Shown in pieces: positions 9,181 through 19,052 of a DNA stretch of 64,000 nucleotides (positions are counted from its first letter, which is position 1; every line of letters starts with the position of its first letter). The notes under the pieces were generated by a model. It made no database searches, was not told the DNA's origin, and saw nothing but the letters and a program-made list of their open reading frames with translations. The stretch spans positions 68,638 to 132,637 of the forward strand of contig CAZVZC010000001.1 of NCBI GenBank assembly GCA_964631415.1, in the 5' to 3' direction. The translations under genes were made by a program, and so were the position numbers. The DNA is from an uncultured archaeon (lineage in GTDB: Archaea; Asgardarchaeota; Thorarchaeia; Thorarchaeales; Thorarchaeaceae).

Positions 9181-11196
9181 TCATGATAGTAGGTCGCCAT
9201 CTCCGGGAGGAAGCATGCGCATCAAGTCCTCTTCAGGCATTCGTGAAATGAGGTGGGTCTGGTCTTCGTCCAACATTCGCCCAACGCGGCTCAAGATCTC
9301 CTTGACCAGCTGTCCCTTGCTCGTTCTTCCTGGGACTACTCTGACATGATATGGAGTGGAAACAGACACGGCAGAAGTCGGACCTGAAACAGGCACCACG
9401 TAGTCCTCCTCGAACACGACTCCAACCGCGATCTCAACAGGAACGCCCCTGACGTAGTTCTTCGTCCCATAGATCATGACGGCTCCTTGGGGCAAGTACT
9501 CACCCGTGGGTGGAGTGAAGCTCACCTGCTCAGGGTTCACCCAGTAGGCGTCACCAGTAGACAAGCCGTCATTCCAAGCACTTGAAAAAGCCACTGCAAA
9601 CTGAGCGGCCTCCAACAAGGTCTGCTGTCCCGGTGGTTGGTCTGGGACCTTGATGACAACATACGGGGCCCCGTGTAATGATGCGTGAAGAAAGACATCA
9701 TTTGCAGCCATTTGCCGCTTGGCCAACTGTTCATTGTTCTTTGCGTCGCGGCCCCCAAGTACAAGAAAGCCCTCTGACGAGAAGAACCAACGAAACCTCT
9801 CGTACCATCTCTGTTTTCTGATCCTGAGTGGGCCCTTCGCTTCTGGAGCCTTCTCCACAGGTTCCTGCATCTCTGCAAGCTGGGCCTGTGTCTTCTCAAT
9901 CTGGCTCTCAGCTCCCTCTACTTTCGCTTCTGCTCTCTTTGCCTGCTCATAGGCGGCTGCAGCATTGTCCTGAGCACTCAGTCGCAAATCGAGTGTCACG
10001 CTCGTGCCACCTAGGTCCATGAGAATCTGAGCCTCCGAGGGTATTACCTTCTCAATCATGGTCGCTGACTTGAGGTTCTTCTTCTTTCCCTTCTCGATTC
10101 TCTGGACTATCTCTTCCCATGAGATTCCACCTGCACGAGCCCTTGTGATGGTTTCGAGCACCTCTTGGACTGTCTGAAGATGAGCATAGATGAGTTCGCC
10201 AGACACTCTCAGTTCCTCCGCCTTCGTCCTGAGAGTCGAAACGCTCTCCTGCTGCTTGTCAATTATCGTCTGTAATCGTTCTTTCTCCTTCGCCAGAGCA
10301 CCACTGGTTTCCTCCTCCGGTTTCTCCGACTCTGTGACACCGAAGAATCTGTCAATAGCTTGGCTGAACGTATCGAACCCTCTGACTGGCTGCCCCCGGT
10401 AGAACTGGAATTCGAAAGGGAGGAAGGCTATGGGGCTTGGCTCCGTTTCTTCTTCATCGGGCCCTTCCAAGACCAAACAGGGCCCTTTCACACCTGCTTT
10501 CAGTCTGTCGGCATACTGTTGAAGCCCCGTTCTTAGATCCGCGAGCATTTTCTGATCGAGGTCAGAGGCCATTGCTTTCGAGGACACACCTGCCAAAGCG
10601 CAGATCTCTTCGCAGCTGAGAGCGTCCAAGTTGAGCCTGCTGGCGAGCGTGCGGACCACGTTCGCCTTTGAATCAGACATGACATCTTGGAGGGAGTAGT
10701 TGTCCAAGGCGAGCACATCAAGCCCTCGGGGTGGTGGGAGATCATACTTTGCCTTTGGGACGAGATCACGGTCTCGCATTCTCTTGTAGTGCTGTGCTAC
10801 AAAGATCCTGTCGTCGGGGTCTAGCAGTATCAGATTGCCATCACCAAAGAGCTCGGCTACGAGCTTGTGTGCCCCGGAATCGTCTCCCACTTCCAGCACC
10901 ACGATCCTGTCGAGGTCATGCTGCTTCAGACTGATGACTCTCTTGTCACGTAAGTACTTCCGGAGGACAGTCACGAACTTCGAAGGGGTCTTCGGGGCCA
11001 CTCTCTGAAACTCCGTGAGATGAATCCGGCGGCCTGGTTCAATGAGTAGTTGGCTGTTCCCAACAGAGGGCTGGTAGAGCTTCAACACGAATACCTGACC
11101 ATGGCTGTAGATGTTCTTGATGAAGGCCCCTTCAGACGCTTTTCGCACTTCTGGAAGTACCAACATGATATCTGTGTTGCTCATCGCATCTTTCAT
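9181..11196 (-). CDS. rqcH: ribosome quality control factor RqcH/NEMF (NFACT-N, coiled coil, NFACT-R)
   Basis: LDRIV..ELFG.GN, WYERFRWFFSSEGFLVLGGRDA, QVSFTPPTGEYL. Confidence 0.93.
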   Translation of the reverse strand: MKDAMSNTDIMLVLPEVRKASEGAFIKNIYSHGQVFVLKLYQPSVGNSQLLIEPGRRIHLTEFQRVAPKTPSKFVTVLRKYLRDKRVISLKQHDLDRIVVLEVGDDSGAHKLVAELFGDGNLILLDPDDRIFVAQHYKRMRDRDLVPKAKYDLPPPRGLDVLALDNYSLQDVMSDSKANVVRTLASRLNLDALSCEEICALAGVSSKAMASDLDQKMLADLRTGLQQYADRLKAGVKGPCLVLEGPDEEETEPSPIAFLPFEFQFYRGQPVRGFDTFSQAIDRFFGVTESEKPEEETSGALAKEKERLQTIIDKQQESVSTLRTKAEELRVSGELIYAHLQTVQEVLETITRARAGGISWEEIVQRIEKGKKKNLKSATMIEKVIPSEAQILMDLGGTSVTLDLRLSAQDNAAAAYEQAKRAEAKVEGAESQIEKTQAQLAEMQEPVEKAPEAKGPLRIRKQRWYERFRWFFSSEGFLVLGGRDAKNNEQLAKRQMAANDVFLHASLHGAPYVVIKVPDQPPGQQTLLEAAQFAVAFSSAWNDGLSTGDAYWVNPEQVSFTPPTGEYLPQGAVMIYGTKNYVRGVPVEIAVGVVFEEDYVVPVSGPTSAVSVSTPYHVRVVPGRTSKGQLVKEILSRVGRMLDEDQTHLISRMPEEDLMRMLPPGDGDLLS

Positions 11197-11367
11197 GAGA
11201 CTTTCACCTGCACACTGGGGCTTTCAGTCATGCTCCGATTTTCGTAACTCATCTCAGGCACCAAGCCGAAACGAGCTGAGGTCATCTATGCACAGTATTG
11301 CAGGTTTTGAACGATACGATTATAACTTGGTCGATTGCCGTGGCATTTGCCCGGCCGGTGGTCAAAC

Positions 11368-11715
11368 ATGAGTTTTCTCAAGATTCCTCTAAAGAACATC
11401 TTCCAGCGCATGTTTGGTCGATGGGACAAGAGCCCACAGGATCAGGTCTTCTATGTGAAGGTTTTCTTTGCCATCGTAAGCGCTCTGGTCTGCACGGCAG
11501 GGGGACAGGCATTTGCTGGCGTGAGAGGGCTGATGTTTGGCCTTCTGGCGTATGTCTTGACGCTCTTTGTCATCGTCTACTTGCTGGATGTGGATCCCGA
11601 CTCAATTGGTGGGCGGACGAAGTTGATTACCAATGCTCTTCCGTCGTACTTGCTGCTATGGGTGGTTCTGTGGACTCTGTTCTATGCATTTGTGGTTCCA
11701 GTCGGTCTTCTTTAG
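11368..11715 (+). CDS. three-TM membrane protein resembling the RAB5IF(OPTI)/EMC6 family
   Basis: 3 TM segments; C-terminal half VDPDSIGGRTKLITNALPSYLLLWVVLWTLFY matches the family pattern D...GG...L.......F/W...W..FY. Confidence 0.65.
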   Translation: MSFLKIPLKNIFQRMFGRWDKSPQDQVFYVKVFFAIVSALVCTAGGQAFAGVRGLMFGLLAYVLTLFVIVYLLDVDPDSIGGRTKLITNALPSYLLLWVVLWTLFYAFVVPVGLL

Positions 11716-11798
11716 GGCCTGTGTCCTGTCAGTTCGCTGGCATGAGTGATTTGTTGTGAGAGTATCACCGCCCCAGCGGAAAAGCCTTGTATGATTGA

Positions 11799-11819
11799 TG
11801 AAGAGTGGGCCACTCTTCA
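11799..11819. promoter_or_regulatory. palindrome TGAAGAGTGG-G-CCACTCTTCA, candidate operator upstream of the Lrp/AsnC gene
   Basis: Perfect 10-bp arms with a 1-nt spacer. Confidence 0.5.
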
Positions 11820-11934
11820 AGGTCATTTCATTTCACTGGTGGTTGTCACAACAAGTTTCATCTTCATTGCGAGCCTCACAAGCAGGAGAACGGTTGGAAC
11901 CTCATCAAATCGCAATAAGGGGTGACCCCTAGCC

Positions 11935-12420
11935 ATGGACCAGCTTGACCGGGAACTCATTCGGCTGTTGCAGAAGGACTCTCGTTTGTCCTTCACTAGC
12001 ATAGCGAAGGAGCTGAAGAAGCCAGACACCACGGTCCATTTCAGAATGCGCAAACTGATCAAAGAAGGAATCGTATCGAGGTTCAGCGCACTTGTGAAAC
12101 CGGAGGCCTTTGGCTATGGCTGTGCCGGTCTGTTCAGGATTGAGATTGGCGGACACATTCTCCCTGAGATAAGCAAGGAAAGGACCTCCACATTTGCCAG
12201 AGAGATAGCTGAAGATGAGTCATACCTTCTCATAGCGGTTGACGAGGGGCCGATGACGATACACGCTGTCGTCATGGGCGCCAACGATGAGGACATTGAG
12301 AAGCGGGCGAATGCGCTCAGGAAATCACCAGATGTAGTCAAGGTCACAGTGACCCGCCTCGATAAGGTAGTGAAGGGCTGGGAGGTCACCGGAAGCCCGT
12401 TGGCGGAGAGTAGAACATGA
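11935..12420 (+). CDS. Lrp/AsnC-family transcriptional regulator
   Basis: MDQLDRELIRLLQKDSRLSFTSIAKEL..TVHFRMRKL HTH plus RAM-like domain. Confidence 0.93.
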   Translation: MDQLDRELIRLLQKDSRLSFTSIAKELKKPDTTVHFRMRKLIKEGIVSRFSALVKPEAFGYGCAGLFRIEIGGHILPEISKERTSTFAREIAEDESYLLIAVDEGPMTIHAVVMGANDEDIEKRANALRKSPDVVKVTVTRLDKVVKGWEVTGSPLAESRT

Positions 12421-13175
12421 CGAGGACAAAGACAGGCATCCCGGGGCTGGATGATCTCATAGGTGGCGGATTTGTCGAGGGGAGTACAATCCTTCTGTCC
12501 GGCTGCACGGGCACGGGCAAGACAATCTTTGGCCTTCAGTTCCTGTACTGCGGGGCGAAACGTTTTGGGGAGCCGGGTATCTTCGTTACACTTGAAACTC
12601 GCGCAAGGGAGCTGAGAACCGAGGCACTCCAGTTTGGCTGGGACCTTCAGGATCTTGAGGATCAGAAGAAGGTCGTCATAATCGATGCTGCATCAAGCAA
12701 GGCCGGGCTGCCAACCTCGGAGAAGTACACTTTGCGGCGCGGGTTCGACATGAGCAGCCTTGCAGAGGAGGTATACCGTGCTGTAGAAGAGATAAAGGCA
12801 CGGCGGCTGGTGATTGACAGTCTGTCAGGACTTGGCATCCGGTTCAGCGAGCCTTCAGAGGTCAGGAATGAGCTGTTCAGGATTGGAGCGCTGTTTGGAG
12901 AACTCAATGTCACATCTCTGTTCATAGGGGAAGTGAATGACCCCTCCACCCTCAGCAGGGCGGGGGTTGAGCAATTCGTTTTCCAAGGTCTGATTGTCCT
13001 CAGTCTGTCTGAGGTGGAAGGGATCCTGCAGAGAGATCTTCTGATATGGAAGATGCGGCAGACCATTCATAGCATGAAGAAGCACCCGTTAGTCATCACA
13101 GACAAGGGCATTGAAATAGATGTTAGCAGATCGGAGCGAAAGAACCCCAGAGCTCATAGGACTGCAAGCAACTGA
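12417..13175 (+). CDS. KaiC/RAD55-like RecA-superfamily ATPase
   Basis: TGIPGLD, GCTGTGKT, RLVIDSL, KMR..H. Confidence 0.92.
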   Translation: MTRTKTGIPGLDDLIGGGFVEGSTILLSGCTGTGKTIFGLQFLYCGAKRFGEPGIFVTLETRARELRTEALQFGWDLQDLEDQKKVVIIDAASSKAGLPTSEKYTLRRGFDMSSLAEEVYRAVEEIKARRLVIDSLSGLGIRFSEPSEVRNELFRIGALFGELNVTSLFIGEVNDPSTLSRAGVEQFVFQGLIVLSLSEVEGILQRDLLIWKMRQTIHSMKKHPLVITDKGIEIDVSRSERKNPRAHRTASN

Positions 13176-13657
13176 GCTGCCGAGTATCCCACAAGCAGGA
13201 ACGGGATCAAAGGCGGTCTGCTGCCGGTGGCTTTTCCATTCTTTTCTTGGTTTTTGGAGCGCTGCGAGCAGAGATACCCTCCCAACAACATGACTGACAT
13301 CTGAAAGCCTGCTGACAACACAGCCTCGTACAAGGGGCTCCCGATGACTGAGAGTTCTGTGCCCGGACTGATGAGCGCCACTGCGCACAGGAGCTTCACA
13401 TCCGCTCCTCCCAGTGCCCCGAGTCTAAAGAGGACATACGATAGCGAGGCAGCAAAGAGTACAGCAGACAGGTGCAGTACGGGCTCAATTAGGAGTCGGC
13501 CTGCGAGCAGCGCCACTGCCAGACCGGTTATGCAGCACATCACAACGATCCGGTTTGTGACTCTCCGGCTACGGATGTCCATTATACTGCAGAACACAAG
13601 AAGAAGCATCATCGTGAGGAACACGACCAGCGATCCAATTGACAGGTCGAGCACCAT
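13154..13657 (-). CDS. A24-family prepilin peptidase (PibD/FlaK-like)
   Basis: MDIRSRRV and GGADVK aspartate motifs, multi-TM, PLIPFL. Confidence 0.85.
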   Translation of the reverse strand: MVLDLSIGSLVVFLTMMLLLVFCSIMDIRSRRVTNRIVVMCCITGLAVALLAGRLLIEPVLHLSAVLFAASLSYVLFRLGALGGADVKLLCAVALISPGTELSVIGSPLYEAVLSAGFQMSVMLLGGYLCSQRSKNQEKNGKATGSRPPLIPFLLVGYSAAQLLAVL

Positions 13658-13854
13658 GTTTTGCTGAGATCTCCTTGTTTGTCTTCACATACAGGTCTTG
13701 CCAATATAATCATCCCCTAACTACAAGTCTTGCGCTTGTCAGTCTTGGAACGGCAGACAGCAACACAGATTAGGTGGGTATTGAACGCGACAGACCTCGT
13801 GTGGGGACATGGCACCCTGAGTCCTCGCAGACCGACAGAACGGATCTGATCATC

Positions 13855-14739
13855 ATGAAAGACCCATTCCAAGTGATCCATGACTGCGCTGTACGACTGC
13901 TCAAGATGGCAGTGACCAAGCTCCCAAAGGATGTTGAAGCGGCTCTGAGAACTGCTGAGAAAAATGAGGATGACCCGACGGCAAAGACTCAGCTCTCGGC
14001 AATCCTATCGAATCTGGAGATTGCTGGAACTGGCGTACCAATGTGTCAAGACACTGGTGTCATCATCTACTATGTCAAGGTTGGGGACAAGTTTCCCTAC
14101 TCAGGAATGATTCAAGACGCGCTCGTGAGAGCCACAAGAAAGGCCACGGAAGAGATACCTTTGCGGCCAAATGCGGTCCATCCAATCACCGGCACCAATT
14201 CGGGCGACAATACAGGTGAGAAGATTCCTTGGATCAACTGGGAGGTTGTGCCCGGCGACTCTGTTGAGATTACTGTGTTTCCGAAGGGTGGTGGCAGTGA
14301 GAACGTGTCAATCGTGGGGATGCTCAAACCTGGAGTTGGCCTGTCTGGAGTGAAGAAGCTGATAGTGGACAATGCGATGAAGTACATGGGTGAGGCCTGC
14401 TCGCCAAACATAATCGGTGTAGGAATAGGTGGGGGTGCCGATATAGCTATCAAGATTGCCAAGCAGCAGCTCCTCAGGCCTTTAGATGACACTCATCCCG
14501 AGCCCGCAGTCGCTAAGCTTGAGAAGGATCTGATGGAAGCTCTCAATATGACGGGGATTGGGCCTATGGGCCTAGGAGGCAAGACAACTGTGCTCGGCGT
14601 GAAGATTGGATATGCAATGCGTCACCCCGCAAGCCTCCCTGTTGGAATTGCAGTTCAATGTTGGGCTGCGCGAAGGAGCACAGCGGTCATCTCAAAAGAC
14701 TTGAAGATTGAGTATCTGACACACCCAGGAGGCAAGTGA
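13855..14739 (+). CDS. class I fumarate hydratase/tartrate dehydratase alpha subunit
   Basis: PMCQDTG, KGGGSEN, IGPMGLGG, HPASLPV, QCWAAR. Confidence 0.93.
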   Translation: MKDPFQVIHDCAVRLLKMAVTKLPKDVEAALRTAEKNEDDPTAKTQLSAILSNLEIAGTGVPMCQDTGVIIYYVKVGDKFPYSGMIQDALVRATRKATEEIPLRPNAVHPITGTNSGDNTGEKIPWINWEVVPGDSVEITVFPKGGGSENVSIVGMLKPGVGLSGVKKLIVDNAMKYMGEACSPNIIGVGIGGGADIAIKIAKQQLLRPLDDTHPEPAVAKLEKDLMEALNMTGIGPMGLGGKTTVLGVKIGYAMRHPASLPVGIAVQCWAARRSTAVISKDLKIEYLTHPGGK

Positions 14740-14740
14740 A

Positions 14741-15349
14741 ATGGCCGAGTATCATCTCACCACACCCATCTCAGAGGCGGACGCCAGAAAACTGAAGGTC
14801 GGCGACATCGTATACGTCTCAGGTGAGCACGTCTACACTGCCCGTGACGCGGCACACGAGCGCGCCTTGGAACTTCTGAAGAAAGGCGAGAAGCCGCCTG
14901 TTGACTTCAATGGAAGCGTTGTATATCATGTAGGCCCGGTCGCATGGAAGAAGGCAGGCAAGTGGCAGATCGTGTCGGCAGGTCCAACGACAAGCACCCG
15001 GATGGAGCTGTTTGAGGACGAGTTCCTGCGCGGGTACAAGGCTAGGATAATAGTTGGCAAGGGTGGAATGGGTCCGAAGACGCTTGCGGCGCTGAAAGAG
15101 GTCGGCGCTGTATACTGCAGCTACACAGGTGGTTGTGGGGCACTTGCAGCCAAGGGTCTAAAGGAGGTCAGAGCTTACGAGTGGCAGGACCTAGGGATGC
15201 CCGAGGCTCTCTGGGTGATAACTGCTCAGGATTTCGGTCCGCTCCTTGTGACAATGGACTCACATGGCAACAGCCTGCACGATGTGGTTTCAAAGAAGGT
15301 CGAGGCGAGGAAGGCCGAGGTCTATGCGAAAATCGGCGTCAAGCCCTAG
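14741..15349 (+). CDS. class I fumarate hydratase/tartrate dehydratase beta subunit
   Basis: TARDAAH, AGPTTSTRM, GKGGM, LGMPEA. Confidence 0.93.
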   Translation: MAEYHLTTPISEADARKLKVGDIVYVSGEHVYTARDAAHERALELLKKGEKPPVDFNGSVVYHVGPVAWKKAGKWQIVSAGPTTSTRMELFEDEFLRGYKARIIVGKGGMGPKTLAALKEVGAVYCSYTGGCGALAAKGLKEVRAYEWQDLGMPEALWVITAQDFGPLLVTMDSHGNSLHDVVSKKVEARKAEVYAKIGVKP

Positions 15350-15446
15350 GCTGACTCTGCCTACAGTTCACGGTAACTAACTGGGTCGCCCTCATTCCCT
15401 CTGCAAGACGCAGAAGCCCTCTCAAACCCCATCTCAGACTAGTGAC

Positions 15447-15548
15447 TCAGGTCCGTAGCGCACCTATGATTGGCACGGTTATGCCATAAACCGTGACGAT
15501 GATCAAGACGAGTAGCGCTATGACCATGAGGACATCCTCGGTGTCCAT
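15447..15548 (-). CDS. possible 33-aa single-TM small protein
   Basis: ATG ORF MDTEDVLMVIALLVLIIVTVYGITVPIIGALRT in an otherwise empty gap. Confidence 0.4.
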   Translation of the reverse strand: MDTEDVLMVIALLVLIIVTVYGITVPIIGALRT

Positions 15549-15771
15549 GGTTGAGCACCCCAAATTCTGTTTTTGCTTTTCTTCGAAGCCATTTAGAGGT
15601 AAGGTGTCTGTAATTTTCTCACGAGAGTTTGGCGCCAAACGGCTAAAACCACGATGTTCTCCGCAATGGTGGGAGGCAGAGGACACCAAGTCACTGAACA
15701 GCAAGGTATAAACGGAGCCCAACGAGCGACCCGGCGCAAGGCGAGGAAACCTCTCTTCAGGAGGACTGTGC

Positions 15772-17460
15772 TTGGACTACAAGACAATTGTCTGCGATGT
15801 TCTGGTTGTTGGCGCCGGCGGGGCAGGTTGTCGTGCTGCAATAGAGGCAGCCAAGAACAACCTAGACGTTGTGATGCTAAGTAAGGAGCTTCTCGGTAAG
15901 GCTCACACCTCCATGGCTGAGGGTGGCTACAATGTTGCCATCGGGAATGTAGACCCGGCAGACAACATCGACACCCACTTCAAGGACACAATTGTAGGTG
16001 GCAACTACCTCAACAACCAGCGACTTGTTGAGGTTCTGGTGAGAGACGCGCCCGAGAGGATCTACGACCTCGAAGAGTTCGGTGCTGTCTTTGATAGGAC
16101 TCCTGAGGGAAAAATCGCTCAGAGAGCCTTCGGCAAGCAGACGTGGCGCAGGACGGCTTATGCCTCGGACAGGACTGGGTCAGAGATAATGGTCACTCTG
16201 ACTGAGGCAATCAGGAAAACCTCTGTGAGAGTGTTCGACGAGATTTTCGCCACAAGACTGCTCCTGACTGATGGCAGAGTTGCTGGTGTGGCTGCCATTG
16301 ACTTGAAGTATGGCGACTACCTCATATTTCGAGCGAATTCGGTAGTGCTGGCCACAGGTGGAGCAGGCCGCATCTACAAGGTCACGAGCAATGCTCAGCT
16401 CGATGTAGGTGACGGGTATGCGATGGCATACGAGGCAGGCTGTGAGATGGTGGACATGGAACATGTACAGTTCCACCCGACAGGCCAAGTCAAACCTGAG
16501 TCTGCCCGTGGGCGGCTTGTCACAGAGGCAGTACGTGGAGAGGGCGGAATCCTGCTCAACAACCGTGGCGAGCGCTTCATGCTCAAGTATTATCCTGAAG
16601 TGATTGAGCTCGCTGGTCGTGATCAGGTCACACGCTCCATCATGACCGAGATAATGCAAGGGAGAGGGACTCCTGACGGGGGTGTCTATCTGAGTCTTGC
16701 TCACCTCCCGCGGTCTATCATTGACTTCCGACTTGAGAGCATGGTCGAGCAGTTTGCAGACGCTGGTGTCGACATTCATGAGGAACCCATGGTGGTTTCT
16801 CCGACGGCCCACCATTTCATGGGTGGCATCAAGATTAACGAGGAGGCAGCAACGAACATCCCTGGCTTGTATGCAGCAGGTGAGTGTACTGGAGGCGTGC
16901 ATGGCGGCAACAGGCTCGGTGGAAATGCCCTGGCAGACACTCAGGTCTTCGGCGCGATTGCCGGAGCGAACGCAGCAAAGTTCGCCAAGAGCAAGAGTCT
17001 GCCCGGTTTCAATAGGGACGAGGCCATGAAGGAGTTCGATCGGCTTGAGGCAATGCTGCACAGGAAAGAGGGGACCTCGCCCGCAGATGCTAGAGCGAAG
17101 CTCACTGAGCTGATGTGGGAGAAGGTACAGATATTCAGGAATGAGAAAGACATGGCCTACGCAGTCCAAGAGCTCAGGCGCATGGAAAAGGAGATCGTGC
17201 CGAAGATCAAGGTGGATGTGCAGGTGAAGAGGTTCAATCCTGGCTGGCATCAGGCTATCGAGTTTGGGCACATGGTGACGACAGCTAGGATGGTCGCCGA
17301 GGCCGCTCTCCTAAGAAAGGGCAGCAGAGGGGCGCACTTCCGGACTGACGCTGACCCCAATGATAAGGGCTATTACAATATAGTCATTCGCAAGGGCGCT
17401 GACGGGCAGATGGAGTTGAGAAAGGACCCGCTTGTGATAACCAAGATCACGCCACCATGA
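15772..17460 (+). CDS. tfrA: thiol:fumarate reductase flavoprotein subunit A
   Basis: GAGGAG, AHT.MAEGG, QFHPT, EAVRGEG, HHFMGG, HGGNRLGGN. Confidence 0.9.
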   Translation: MDYKTIVCDVLVVGAGGAGCRAAIEAAKNNLDVVMLSKELLGKAHTSMAEGGYNVAIGNVDPADNIDTHFKDTIVGGNYLNNQRLVEVLVRDAPERIYDLEEFGAVFDRTPEGKIAQRAFGKQTWRRTAYASDRTGSEIMVTLTEAIRKTSVRVFDEIFATRLLLTDGRVAGVAAIDLKYGDYLIFRANSVVLATGGAGRIYKVTSNAQLDVGDGYAMAYEAGCEMVDMEHVQFHPTGQVKPESARGRLVTEAVRGEGGILLNNRGERFMLKYYPEVIELAGRDQVTRSIMTEIMQGRGTPDGGVYLSLAHLPRSIIDFRLESMVEQFADAGVDIHEEPMVVSPTAHHFMGGIKINEEAATNIPGLYAAGECTGGVHGGNRLGGNALADTQVFGAIAGANAAKFAKSKSLPGFNRDEAMKEFDRLEAMLHRKEGTSPADARAKLTELMWEKVQIFRNEKDMAYAVQELRRMEKEIVPKIKVDVQVKRFNPGWHQAIEFGHMVTTARMVAEAALLRKGSRGAHFRTDADPNDKGYYNIVIRKGADGQMELRKDPLVITKITPP

Positions 17461-19052
17461 AGGAGGACACAACAATGGCGACCAAGACTTTCAAGACAAG
17501 CGTCCAGAGATACAACCCAGACATTGACGATGCCCCACACTCCCAAGAGTTTGACGTGGAGTATGAACCGGGCATGACAGTCCTCGACGCGCTCCTATAC
17601 ATACAGGACAAGTATGACTCTAGCCTTGCTTTCCGCTGGGAATGCAGAGGTGGTCAGTGTGGCTCTTGTGCGGTAAAGGTCAACGGGACTGCAAGAATCG
17701 CCTGCAGGACGAAGGTCGACCCTGACCAAACACTGAGCCTTGGACCGATGGAGAAGATGCCCATCATCAAGGACCTTGTTGTTGATCTTGCACAGACATC
17801 AATCAGGATTCGGCGGATTCGACCCTATGTCGCTCGAGACAAGCCTGCGCCGAGACCGGAGATAATCCATGCAGAGGATATTGAGAAGCTCCGGGAAATC
17901 CGCAAGTGCATAGAGTGTTCGGCATGTCTGTCAAATTGCCCGATCGTCCACGAAACTTGGGATTATCCGGGTCCGATGATTATACGACAGATTGCCCGTC
18001 TGGAACTCGACCCACGTGATGTGGAAGACCGTGTCGCCATGGCGATGAACGAGTCTGTCTACAGCTGTACGACCTGCAAGATGTGCGAGGACATCTGTCC
18101 AAAGAAAATCAGAATCCCAAGTCTTGCTGTCGAGCTCCTTCGTGCAAAGGCTGTGGCAGCTGGTTATCCTCTGGCTGAGGGCCAGCAGGCGTTCATCGAC
18201 GCGATCAAGGCCACGGGTAGGTCGGTGCCTGAGAAGGAGGCACCTCTACTGAAGAGCATAGGCACAGAGGAATTCCTGGTCAAGAAGTCACGCGGCCGTG
18301 TCGCCTTCTTCACCGGCTGTCTGATTGACTACAGGATGCAAAACACTGGGAGGGCACTCATCGAGGTTCTGAACCGAAACAACGTCGATGTCATCGTTCC
18401 GAAGGAGCAGTGGTGCTGCGCAAGCCCCGCTTTCAGGACTGGGGACCTTTATACCGCCAAGGAGGCAGCCAAGAGGGTCACAGAGATCTTTGAGAAGGTC
18501 ATGGAAAAGTACAAGCTGGACACAGTCGTAGTCGCTTGTGCGGGGTGTGGCAAGACACTGCGCGAGGATCATCGCCCAATGGTCGAGGAGATGCGCGGTG
18601 AGCCACCGAAATTCAAGGTCTATGATCTCGCAGAGTACATGCTTGATGTGATTGGCAAGGACAGCATAGTCCGACCTAAGGGCGAACTGAGGATTAAGGT
18701 GACCTATCACGAGCCATGCCATTTGGGCCGCGGGCAGGGAGTCGTGTGGCAGCCCATCGAACTGCTCAAGATGATTCCCGGGCTTGAGTACATTGACGAC
18801 CCGTACAAGAACCGTTGCTGTGGTGCAGGCGGTGGCGTACGTGCCGGGAAGCGCGAATTGTCAATGAAGATTGCGACTACAAAGAGAGAGTACATCGAAG
18901 CGACGGGGGCCCAGATGGTTGCGACAGAGTGCCCGTTCTGTACTATTCAGATTACGGACATTCTGAAAGGTACACCTATAGAAACCAGATACATCCCCGA
19001 TCTGTTGGCGGAGTCGTACAGGAAGGGCGACTCAAAGAAAGTGAAGAAGTAG
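17457..19052 (+). CDS. tfrB: thiol:fumarate reductase subunit B (2Fe-2S, 4Fe-4S and two CCG domains)
   Basis: CRGGQCGSC, CIECSACLSNCP, CTTCKMCEDICP, then HdrD-like CCA/CAGC and HEPCH/CCGAGGG/CPFC. Confidence 0.9.
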   Translation: MKEDTTMATKTFKTSVQRYNPDIDDAPHSQEFDVEYEPGMTVLDALLYIQDKYDSSLAFRWECRGGQCGSCAVKVNGTARIACRTKVDPDQTLSLGPMEKMPIIKDLVVDLAQTSIRIRRIRPYVARDKPAPRPEIIHAEDIEKLREIRKCIECSACLSNCPIVHETWDYPGPMIIRQIARLELDPRDVEDRVAMAMNESVYSCTTCKMCEDICPKKIRIPSLAVELLRAKAVAAGYPLAEGQQAFIDAIKATGRSVPEKEAPLLKSIGTEEFLVKKSRGRVAFFTGCLIDYRMQNTGRALIEVLNRNNVDVIVPKEQWCCASPAFRTGDLYTAKEAAKRVTEIFEKVMEKYKLDTVVVACAGCGKTLREDHRPMVEEMRGEPPKFKVYDLAEYMLDVIGKDSIVRPKGELRIKVTYHEPCHLGRGQGVVWQPIELLKMIPGLEYIDDPYKNRCCGAGGGVRAGKRELSMKIATTKREYIEATGAQMVATECPFCTIQITDILKGTPIETRYIPDLLAESYRKGDSKKVKK

